In this document: positions 1 through 7,771 of the stretch, piece by piece
Numbering within the stretch: position 1 is the stretch's first letter
How the letters are laid out: each line of letters opens with the position of its first letter
Origin: Candidatus Levyibacteriota bacterium
GTDB lineage: Bacteria; Patescibacteriota; Microgenomatia; Levybacterales; UBA12049
DNA: 57,104 nt
Direction: 5' to 3'
Assembly (NCBI GenBank): GCA_016182205.1
Contig: JACOXW010000012.1
Coordinates: forward strand, 1-57,104
The notes under the pieces: model-generated
Databases searched by the model: none
What the model saw: the letters and a program-made list of their open reading frames with translations, nothing else
What the model was told of the DNA's origin: nothing
Program-made: the position numbers and the translations under genes

Positions 1-459
1 GTCTTGAATGCGGGACTGCCTATCGTTGAAAGACACGCACATGCTTATAGAGTACACTACTACGAAGAGGACTCACCACCAGGAATTGACGCGACAATTT
101 ATGTCCCAACAGTTGATTTCAAATTTAAAAACGATACCGGACACTACATTTTAATTCAGAATGTCGTTGACCCGATAAGTCTTCGTCTGACGTTTTTCCT
201 CTACGGGACAAAAGATAATCGACAAGTCACACTAAGCGAGCCTGTTATTACTTCACAAACCCCTGCTCCGGAACCGCTCTACCAGGATGATCCTACCCTG
301 CCGAAAGGCACAGTAAAACAAGTAGATTTTGCAGCTTCAGGTGCAAGTGTATTTTTTACAAGGGAAGTAAAAAAGAATGGTGAAACAATTATATCTGAAA
401 AGTTTGTTTCCAACTTCAAGCCCTGGCAAGCCGTTTATTTGCGCGGGACGAAAGAGTAA
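1..459 (+). CDS. VanW-family protein, C-terminal part with a G5-like tail; 5'-truncated by the window edge
   Basis: LPIVERHAHAYRVHYY, GIDATIY and DFKFKNDT are typical VanW-domain motifs; the ORF is open at the window start. Confidence 0.8.
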   Translation, partial: VLNAGLPIVERHAHAYRVHYYEEDSPPGIDATIYVPTVDFKFKNDTGHYILIQNVVDPISLRLTFFLYGTKDNRQVTLSEPVITSQTPAPEPLYQDDPTLPKGTVKQVDFAASGASVFFTREVKKNGETIISEKFVSNFKPWQAVYLRGTKE

Positions 460-535
460 ATGACTTTCAAATGTCAAATTTCCAATATGTTTGATTATTG
501 GTATTTATTTGATATTTACAATATTCCAGCACATC

Positions 536-1021
536 ATGAAAAAGATTATAACACCAGAAAAAACAATACAGGTTGCCAATACTCTTCATAAACAAAATAA
601 AAAGATTGTGCTGACGGGTGGTTGTTTTGACCTTATCCACATCGGTCATATTCAGTTACTGCAAAAAGCAAAAAAACAAGCGGACGTACTTATCGTCTTT
701 GTCGAAAGTGATAAAACTGTAAGACGACTAAAAGGAGACAGTCGCCCAATCAACAACCAGCTGACAAGAGCAAAAATTCTTGCAGCGCTGGAAGATGTGG
801 ATTATATCTGTCTTTTGCCGGAATTTACGTCTGATAGACAATACGATGAGCTTGTCATAGCCATAAAACCTGCTATAATAGCAACCACACAAGACGATCA
901 GCATAAAGAACATAAGATTCGCCAGGCTGCCCAGACCGGTGCCAAAGTAGTTACAGTTACAAAACGGTTACCAATCTCAAGTAGCAGGTTATTAAAGATA
1001 ATTTGTCAGGACTATATATGA
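536..1021 (+). CDS. Cytidylyltransferase-family (RfaE domain II-like) nucleotidyltransferase
   Basis: GGCFDLIHIGH (HxGH) and LKGDSRPIN motifs; ATG at 536 preferred over the TTG at 491. Confidence 0.8.
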   Translation: MKKIITPEKTIQVANTLHKQNKKIVLTGGCFDLIHIGHIQLLQKAKKQADVLIVFVESDKTVRRLKGDSRPINNQLTRAKILAALEDVDYICLLPEFTSDRQYDELVIAIKPAIIATTQDDQHKEHKIRQAAQTGAKVVTVTKRLPISSSRLLKIICQDYI

Positions 1022-1485
1022 AAATAATTCTTGGATTATTAGGTCTACTGCTTTTTATTATTTTTGCGTTTGTTTTTTCGCAGAATTATTTGCGATCCAA
1101 GTCAGTTCTTGGCAAAAACGCCGCAACAGTCACAATTAACAAACAAAAATTTACGGCAGAAGTGGCAAAAACGCCTTCAGAGAAACAAACAGGGCTCTCA
1201 AATAAAAAATCACTCCCCCAAGACCAGGGAATGTTATTTGTTTTTGATACGCCTGATCTCTATCCCTTTTGGATGAAAAATATGGCATTTCCGATTGATA
1301 TGATATTTATTAACAAAGACAAAGTAGTAACAGTGTATCAAGATTTGCAACCTGCTATCGGCCTTGAATCTCCTGAAATCTATCAACCGGATGATCTTTC
1401 AGACAGAATGCTGGAGATAAATGCAGGTCTTTCACAAAAGTACAACATAAAACCCGGCGATAGTGTCACAATCGTTCTACCATGA
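1018..1485 (+). CDS. DUF192-family membrane-anchored protein
   Basis: N-terminal TM segment; GL..GMLFVF, FWMKNMAFPIDMIF and LEINAG motifs. Confidence 0.85.
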   Translation: MKIILGLLGLLLFIIFAFVFSQNYLRSKSVLGKNAATVTINKQKFTAEVAKTPSEKQTGLSNKKSLPQDQGMLFVFDTPDLYPFWMKNMAFPIDMIFINKDKVVTVYQDLQPAIGLESPEIYQPDDLSDRMLEINAGLSQKYNIKPGDSVTIVLP

Positions 1486-2495
1486 AAATATTGGGGATTG
1501 AGACCTCCTGCGATGAAACAGGAGCAGCAATTATTGAAGCAAATTCCCCGGTATCGATTATACTCAAATCCAATACTCTCGCATCTTCACTTTCCTTGCA
1601 CGCAAAAACAGGCGGAGTTATACCGGAAATAGCAGCAAGACAACAACTTCATTATATGATTCCCGTTCTTGATGAAACATTGAAGAAAGCAGGATACAGC
1701 GCCTTTGATATTGATGCCATCGCAGTAACATATGGACCGGGTTTAATTGGTTCACTTTTGGTCGGTGTTGAAACAGCAAAAACACTAGCATATATTTATA
1801 ACAAACCGTTGATTCCTGTTAATCATCTTCTGGGGCATATCTATGCAAATTGGATAGGGCAGGAAAAAGAAATCAGGCTTCCTGCTATCGGACTGATTGT
1901 CTCCGGAGGACATACCGATATACTGCTTCTTAAAAGTCACACTGATATCTTGCTTATAGGCGGTACACGAGATGATGCAGCAGGTGAAGCATTTGATAAA
2001 ATCGGAAGACTTTTGGGAATGCCTTATCCAGCAGGTCCACATATAGAAGCTGCTGCAAAAAAAGGCAATCCGAAAAAAATTCTTTTTCCCAAACCTATGA
2101 TTCACTCAAACACATTTGAATTTTCTTTTTCAGGATTAAAAACAGCGGTGTTACGAGAAATAAAGAAGTATCCGACACTCACCGAAGAAACTATAAATGA
2201 TATTTCAACCAGTGTCCAACAATCAATTATCGATGTTTTAGTAGCAAAAACAATACAGGCAGTAAAAGCTTATAATGTTTCAACTATCCTTATGGGAGGA
2301 GGCGTATCCGCAAACACTCTACTTGGGGAAAGTTTACGCCGGTCTCTGAAAACATATGACGAGAATATTTCACTTTATATTCCAAAAAAGCAGTTTTGCA
2401 CAGATAATGCTTCGATGATCGCAGCAGCAGCTTTTTTTCAAAATAAACCTGTTGACTTAAACAATGTTTCCGCAAATCCAGAGTTATACTTTTGA
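1482..2495 (+). CDS. tsaD: tRNA N6-adenosine threonylcarbamoyltransferase TsaD
   Basis: ILGIETSCDET, HLLGH, VSGGHT, TRDDAAGEAFDK, FSFSGLKT and CTDNASMIA motifs. Confidence 0.97.
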   Translation: MKILGIETSCDETGAAIIEANSPVSIILKSNTLASSLSLHAKTGGVIPEIAARQQLHYMIPVLDETLKKAGYSAFDIDAIAVTYGPGLIGSLLVGVETAKTLAYIYNKPLIPVNHLLGHIYANWIGQEKEIRLPAIGLIVSGGHTDILLLKSHTDILLIGGTRDDAAGEAFDKIGRLLGMPYPAGPHIEAAAKKGNPKKILFPKPMIHSNTFEFSFSGLKTAVLREIKKYPTLTEETINDISTSVQQSIIDVLVAKTIQAVKAYNVSTILMGGGVSANTLLGESLRRSLKTYDENISLYIPKKQFCTDNASMIAAAAFFQNKPVDLNNVSANPELYF

Positions 2496-2566
2496 TAGCC
2501 GTCGTATTTCATATTTCAGTATGATATTTATTGTTTCGGTTATTCATCATTGTTATAATAATCGAT

Positions 2567-3469
2567 ATGGCAAATAAGCCAGAAAAGAGTCCCAAACGTA
2601 CTTCCCATCCGTCATTTTTGCTATTTCTTTTTTTTCTAACACTTCTTCTTAGCTTTTTTGCAACATATTTGTATAGAACTTTCAGCTCGATACAAGAACA
2701 TAACAGAAAAGAACTACAGCTGGAGATGAAAAAAATTCCGAAAGATATCAAAAAAAAACTTACAAAGACAAAATCTTCTATAAAGAGACGGATACCAATT
2801 CTTATTTATCATTATGTTGAAATCGTCACTGATAAAAACGATACAATACGTCAATCAATGAATATCCAACCAGCCATTTTAGAAAAACAAATAACTACTT
2901 TACAAGACGCCGGATATACTTTTATCACTCCGTCAAATATCGGTAAAATGCTTAACGGGAAAAAAGAAATTCCGAAGAAGGCCGTAATTCTCTCTTTTGA
3001 TGACGGATATAGAGACTTTTATACTGACGTTTTACCTATATTGAAAAGAAAACAAGCAAAAGCAATCGCATATATCGTTCCTGGAAAATTAAATCAAATT
3101 AATTATTTGTTTTCCTGGCAATTGCATGAAATTTATGGCAGTGGACTTGTGGAAATAGGAGCACATACTGTTCATCATATGAATCTGAAAGGAATAAGTT
3201 ATATGACGGCAAAATATGAGATAGAAGAAAGTAAAACCATGCTTGAAAATATGCTGTATATTCCCATCTTGTCATTTGCTTACCCCTACGGAGCGTTTGA
3301 TTCACAGGCGATACTGCTTGTGAAGGAAGCAGGATTCACAACAGCAGTTTCATCTATATCAGGAAACGATGTAAGCGAGAGCAACCGATATCTTCTCTAC
3401 CGGATTCATCCCGGGTATAGAACAGGAAAGGAACTCATTTCTGCCTTAGAAAAGGAATACAAGCCGTAA
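2567..3469 (+). CDS. Polysaccharide deacetylase (NodB/CE4 family), membrane-anchored
   Basis: PILIYHYV, SFDDGY, GAHTVHH and FAYPYG motifs; N-terminal TM; ATG lies 7 nt after TGTTATAAT. Confidence 0.9.
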   Translation: MANKPEKSPKRTSHPSFLLFLFFLTLLLSFFATYLYRTFSSIQEHNRKELQLEMKKIPKDIKKKLTKTKSSIKRRIPILIYHYVEIVTDKNDTIRQSMNIQPAILEKQITTLQDAGYTFITPSNIGKMLNGKKEIPKKAVILSFDDGYRDFYTDVLPILKRKQAKAIAYIVPGKLNQINYLFSWQLHEIYGSGLVEIGAHTVHHMNLKGISYMTAKYEIEESKTMLENMLYIPILSFAYPYGAFDSQAILLVKEAGFTTAVSSISGNDVSESNRYLLYRIHPGYRTGKELISALEKEYKP

Positions 3470-3518
3470 TTACTCTCCCTCTTTATTTCTACCGATTTTC
3501 TGGTACAATATCTCCCAC

Positions 3519-4583
3519 ATGTCACTCTCAACTGTCCAGGTTCTTTTGACACTCTGTGGTTTTATCGCCATCTTGTATTTTATCAATAGAAAACTTTCTT
3601 CTTTACAGAAACCGCAAGATACTCAAACACTCCTTGAATGGCTCAAAACTATGCAGCAATCTCTAGAAGTAACAAATAAAACTCTCAACGAAGCCATGCG
3701 AACAAATTCTTCAGATATGGTAAAGACTCTTCAGGAAAACTCAAAGCAGTTAAATGACCGCTTGGATAAAGCAGCATCAGTAATTCATAATGTTGGCAAA
3801 GAAGTAGGACAAATGAGTGAAATCGGAAGAAGCATGAAAGAATTGCAGGACTTTTTGAAAAGCCCAAAACTTCGTGGAAATATCGGTGAGCAGGTACTCA
3901 AAGATTTGATAGCACAAATGTTCCCGAAAAACAGTTTTCATCTGCAATACCAGTTCAAATCGGGTGAAAAAGTCGACGCTGCCATAAAAACCGATGCCGG
4001 TATTTTACCGATTGATTCCAAATTTCCCATGGAAAACTATCAAAGACTTATGAAATCGCAAACATCAACCGATGAGTATTCTGTTTTGCAAAAAGAATTT
4101 ATTAAAGATATAAAAAAACACATTGATACTATTTCTAAAAAATATATTTTACCCTTGGAAGGTACCATGGATTTTGCTCTCATGTATGTCCCAAGTGAAT
4201 CTGTGTATTACGAAGTAGTAAATCTTTCAGAACTTATGGATTACGCACGACGCAAAAGAGTTTATATTGTCTCCCCAACCACGCTCTACGCGCATTTACA
4301 AACCATTCTCTTGTCTTTCGAAGGAAAGAAAATTGAGAGCAAGTCAAAAGAGGTATTCAAACTGTTACGAACTCTGCAAATCGAATATGAAAAAGTCCAA
4401 GACAACATGAGTGTTTTAGGCAAACATATCGCCAACGCCTCATCACAATTTGTGAATGTTCAGACAGGCTTTGTCCAGATCGGCCAAAAACTCTCAACCA
4501 CCAAACAATTGGAAGAAAATGTTGTTGAATCTTTTGATGAAAAGACTGATTCCTCTTCCCAACAAACACTACCAATTAATTAG
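3519..4583 (+). CDS. rmuC: DNA recombination protein RmuC
   Basis: N-terminal TM and coiled coil; KLRGNIGE, IDSKFP, KYI and TMDFALMYVPSE motifs. Confidence 0.92.
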   Translation: MSLSTVQVLLTLCGFIAILYFINRKLSSLQKPQDTQTLLEWLKTMQQSLEVTNKTLNEAMRTNSSDMVKTLQENSKQLNDRLDKAASVIHNVGKEVGQMSEIGRSMKELQDFLKSPKLRGNIGEQVLKDLIAQMFPKNSFHLQYQFKSGEKVDAAIKTDAGILPIDSKFPMENYQRLMKSQTSTDEYSVLQKEFIKDIKKHIDTISKKYILPLEGTMDFALMYVPSESVYYEVVNLSELMDYARRKRVYIVSPTTLYAHLQTILLSFEGKKIESKSKEVFKLLRTLQIEYEKVQDNMSVLGKHIANASSQFVNVQTGFVQIGQKLSTTKQLEENVVESFDEKTDSSSQQTLPIN

Positions 4584-4598
4584 CCTCATCTTATAGTA

Positions 4599-4627
4599 TT
4601 GACAACTTTGGAATTCTGCTGTATTAT
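4599..4627 (+). promoter_or_regulatory. Sigma70 promoter for the T-box/tRNA-Arg unit
   Basis: TTGACA (4599-4604), 17-nt spacer, TATTAT (4622-4627). Confidence 0.8.
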
Positions 4628-4648
4628 TATGTATAACAAGTTAATCGT

Positions 4649-4974
4649 GCGTTGAGGAAGAAGAGTAGGTAAAAGAGACGATTACAGCAAATGGTGACAG
4701 CTGAGAGCACCAGAATCAACCTTCTATCGAACAGAGCTTTCTCGCCCTGAACAATTGATCGCAATTTTTCAGGGTAAACACAGAACCGAAGAAATGCTGA
4801 GAGAAGTCGAAGCAAAGTAGGTTCATAAAAGAGTTAATTGATACTCTGTCAAGGCTGATACAGAGCTTTTTTTGCGCCTATTTTTGGCGGATCAATTTAG
4901 AAACAAGGTGGCACCGTCCGCAAGGGCCCTTGTAAGTTTCCAAAGAAATTTGGGAGTTTACAAGGGCTTTTTTT
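4649..4974 (+). promoter_or_regulatory. T-box riboswitch, transcriptional type, Arg (AGA) specifier
   Basis: Stem I: GAGGAAG 4654-4660 pairs with CTTTCTC 4737-4743; AGTA/GAA loop-E motif; TGGTG/CACCA apical stem with a GCTGAGAG loop; specifier AGA at 4733-4735 followed by G. Antiterminator ACAAGG-TGGCACC-GTCC-GCAA-GGGC-CCTTGT at 4903-4933 overlaps the terminator. Confidence 0.9.
4926..4974 (+). terminator. Intrinsic terminator of the T-box
   Basis: GCCCTTGTAAGTTTCCAAA-GAAA-TTTGGGAGTTTACAAGGGC followed by T7; mutually exclusive with the antiterminator. Confidence 0.92.
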
Positions 4975-4992
4975 GTTGGAAAAACAAACTAT

Positions 4993-5064
4993 GTGCCCGA
5001 AGCTCATCGGAATGAGCTCCCGCTTCTAACGGGAAGGCAACGGGTTCGACTCCCGTCGGGCACG
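4993..5064 (+). tRNA. tRNA-Arg(UCU), atypical (A8, no nt 26); CCA not encoded
   Basis: Acceptor GTGCCCG/CGGGCAC; D stem GCTC/GAGC; anticodon stem TCCCG/CGGGA with loop CT-TCT-AA; T arm ACGGG-TTCGACT-CCCGT; discriminator G. Confidence 0.88.
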
Positions 5065-5082
5065 CAGGGAAAGGAATACATT

Positions 5083-6168
5083 ATGATAAATCTTGATACA
5101 TATACTGTTTCCCGATCACAAATCATGCACAATGAGGGAGTATGGCATGAAAAAGAAAATACAATAGATTCTCTAAGAGAAAAATTTCGTACTGATTTAG
5201 AAGCTGTTGCTCCAGATCTACGAAGTAATAATTTAAGCCAGCAATATACAACAACTTTATTTGAAAAACTTGTACATGCCGGAGCGGAAACGCAAGATGA
5301 TATCAAAACTGCCGGAACCATAGAATATTATCGAATAGGACGAGATGTCTTGGGGCCGCTTGCGGTAAGTTTTGTCGATAACGTACTAAAACAAAGTGAA
5401 GGCAACATATTATTCCCTGCTCGTGACGCAACACCGCTTTTTTATATAGCGCATACACTTATCGCGCAAGCTCCCGATCGATATCCTACATCAGCACATA
5501 GATTACAAAATCCAGTTTTCAATCGGAAGTTGTGGGGTGTTGATGATGAACAAGATCCAGAACAAGAAGTACTAAAGGTAACAGATCCTACAGTTTTGAA
5601 ACTTCTCAAGCAAATGGGCTTTGGAAGAGATGAACCAGTAACATTTATAGAAATTGGCTGCTGGGGAACGATGATAGACCAACTTAAGCAGGCGATGGAA
5701 CGGGCAGAAATGCCAGAGCAATCATTTTCTGTACATTTCCTATTTACTCACTTACCTGAATATATATCAGGATATATAAATAAATATGGAACTGATATTC
5801 CTAAAGCAACACTCGAAACAATAGCGGACACATGGGAAGCAGTTCCAAAGCCATTCAAACGTCCGGCAAAACTTGTAGAAATTGACGGAATTATAAAAGC
5901 TTCTTCGGCAGGAAGTATTGTTAATTCTCCTTTCCTTAAACCATGGTCACACGCAGTACACGAAGGTGTTATGGATGCAGCAAAGGATTTTCTACTACAA
6001 GGAAAGGGCGTGGTAGTAAAAGATGAAATATTACGTCTTTTGAAACTTTCAAACCAAGCAAAACAAGGAATATTTACCGGCATACTCCCATGGCACACAG
6101 AAACATGGTCCGAAGGGGATATATGGAAGAAAAACTGGAAATGGGGAAAAATTCCACCAAAAACCTAA
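5083..6168 (+). CDS. Hypothetical protein (361 aa) with ARD and E-x-G-x-x-G-T motifs
   Basis: Long ORF with an AAGGA SD upstream of ATG 5083; the listed GTG start at 4993 is the tRNA itself. Confidence 0.75.
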   Translation: MINLDTYTVSRSQIMHNEGVWHEKENTIDSLREKFRTDLEAVAPDLRSNNLSQQYTTTLFEKLVHAGAETQDDIKTAGTIEYYRIGRDVLGPLAVSFVDNVLKQSEGNILFPARDATPLFYIAHTLIAQAPDRYPTSAHRLQNPVFNRKLWGVDDEQDPEQEVLKVTDPTVLKLLKQMGFGRDEPVTFIEIGCWGTMIDQLKQAMERAEMPEQSFSVHFLFTHLPEYISGYINKYGTDIPKATLETIADTWEAVPKPFKRPAKLVEIDGIIKASSAGSIVNSPFLKPWSHAVHEGVMDAAKDFLLQGKGVVVKDEILRLLKLSNQAKQGIFTGILPWHTETWSEGDIWKKNWKWGKIPPKT

Positions 6169-6170
6169 TT

Positions 6171-6974
6171 ATGTTTAACCAACTTTTTAAACCGAAAAAA
6201 ACGATGATTGGTATGATTCATCTACCAGCCTTACCTGGGTATCCAAAACACACAGGAATGGATGATGTAATTCAAAAAGCGCTTTCAGATTTAAACACAT
6301 TACAAAAAGCAGGTTTTGATGGAATACTTGTTGAAAATGATAATGATCAACCACATCAAATTGGCGTTTCAAAAACAATTAGCAACGCATTTACAAAAGT
6401 AATGGAACAAATTTGCAGAAATGCAACGATACCTGTAGGTATGGAAATTATTTACGACATGCTCGAAACAATTAGAGTAGCTCATAAGGTAAGAGCAGAT
6501 TTTGTACGTCTTGATGTATTTGTAGACTCTGTTGAAACTGAATGGGGGAAAATTACAGCACAACCAAAAGAGATTGTAGAACTCAAAAAAAAACTTGGTG
6601 CTGATAACCTAGTTTTATTAACAGATATTCAAGTCAAGCATGCAAAAATGCTTCAGGAAAAAACAATAGCTGCCTCTACTCAAGAAGCAATTGAAAATGG
6701 ATCTGACGCTTTAATTGTAACAGGAGATTGGACGGGACATGCTCCTTCTATTTCTGATTGCAAAAGTATTAATAACTTCGCAAGTAATTTCCCCCTCCTT
6801 ATAGGAAGTGGCTTTAATATTTATAATTCTAAAGCTCTTTTACAATATGCTGATGGAGCAATTGTCGGTACATCTATAAAGACCGGTGAGTATGTAGATT
6901 TCACCAAGGCGAAAAAACTGATTAATAGTGTTAGAAACCTAAAGAGAAATGATAATAGATTTAATATCCGGTGA
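6171..6974 (+). CDS. BtpA/SgcQ-family TIM-barrel protein
   Basis: IGMIHLPALPG, DGILVEN.ND.P, DIQVKH, DALIVTG..TG, LIGSG and ADGAIVGTS motifs. Confidence 0.9.
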   Translation: MFNQLFKPKKTMIGMIHLPALPGYPKHTGMDDVIQKALSDLNTLQKAGFDGILVENDNDQPHQIGVSKTISNAFTKVMEQICRNATIPVGMEIIYDMLETIRVAHKVRADFVRLDVFVDSVETEWGKITAQPKEIVELKKKLGADNLVLLTDIQVKHAKMLQEKTIAASTQEAIENGSDALIVTGDWTGHAPSISDCKSINNFASNFPLLIGSGFNIYNSKALLQYADGAIVGTSIKTGEYVDFTKAKKLINSVRNLKRNDNRFNIR

Positions 6975-7701
6975 AGTTTTCGCGGCGGATTTGATCTTTT
7001 AAAACACCAAGAGATGTAACTATTTGGTTCATAGCTTCAGCCATAGCAGGCGGTCCCACAATGTAAAATAGACAATCAAGCGATTTTTGGATGTATTTTT
7101 TAATCATCTCTTCTGAAATACGGCCTGTTTCACCATTCCATGGTTTTTCTGACTCTTGGGGACGAGTAATTGTATAGACAATTTTTATAGCTGGGTTTTC
7201 TCTTTCTGCGTTGGTGACTTCTTCCAGACCAACCATCTCTTCCGTTGTAGAAAATGAGGCAAAAAGAGTAATAGGAATTGAAAGTTTTTTTTCGGCAGCA
7301 TACGGCACCATACTTAAAAAAGGCGTTATTCCGATTCCTCCTGAGAGGAACACATGAGGCATTGTTTCGTTTTCCAAAAGCACAAACCTTCCAAGCGGTC
7401 CGAAAAATTGTACCGGTGTTCCTTCAGAAAGATTAAATAATGTTTTTTTAAATGTGCTTTTGATAATTCGAGTAATGATACGAAGCGTATTTGTTTTTAA
7501 TGGAGAACAGGCTATTGAGAAAAATCGTGAAGTCCCGCGCTCATCAGCATTTTCGTGAGGTAAAGTCATACGAATATACTGCCCGGGAAGAAATGAAAAA
7601 GGCACAGAAGAAAGGTCAAAAGAAAATGCATGTGCATCTTTTGCTACCTGCTCTTTCCGTAAAAAAGGGAGAGAAAATGGAAAAGGCGCGTTATTTGTCA
7701 T
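6961..7701 (-). CDS. FAD/NAD(P)-binding oxidoreductase (ferredoxin-NADP reductase-like)
   Basis: FLPGQY, RFFSIA, GGIGITPFLSM and YIVGPPAM motifs; C-terminal ENFTGY. Confidence 0.9.
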   Translation of the reverse strand: MTNNAPFPFSLPFLRKEQVAKDAHAFSFDLSSVPFSFLPGQYIRMTLPHENADERGTSRFFSIACSPLKTNTLRIITRIIKSTFKKTLFNLSEGTPVQFFGPLGRFVLLENETMPHVFLSGGIGITPFLSMVPYAAEKKLSIPITLFASFSTTEEMVGLEEVTNAERENPAIKIVYTITRPQESEKPWNGETGRISEEMIKKYIQKSLDCLFYIVGPPAMAEAMNQIVTSLGVLKDQIRRENFTGY

Positions 7702-7771
7702 ACAGATATCATATCAAAAACAATACGAAATTTGTACGAATTTTTTCTGCCCAGTGTGGTAAAATAGCTGC

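Noticed and set aside
4627..4815. 62-aa minus-strand ORF over the T-box
   Set aside because: It is antisense to a structured RNA with its own promoter and has no protein features.
5018..5034. Reading the tRNA at 4993 as an amber suppressor (CUA) by strict positional numbering
   Set aside because: That register breaks the anticodon stem. The perfect TCCCG/CGGGA stem centres UCU with canonical C32/U33/A37, and the T-box specifier AGA agrees with Arg.
4993..5082. N-terminal 30 aa of the listed 391-aa ORF
   Set aside because: It is the tRNA sequence read in frame; the SD and ATG at 5083 give the likely start.
5064..6974. Integrative island at the tRNA-Arg 3' end
   Set aside because: No integrase and no duplicated tRNA 3' end (att site) was seen downstream.
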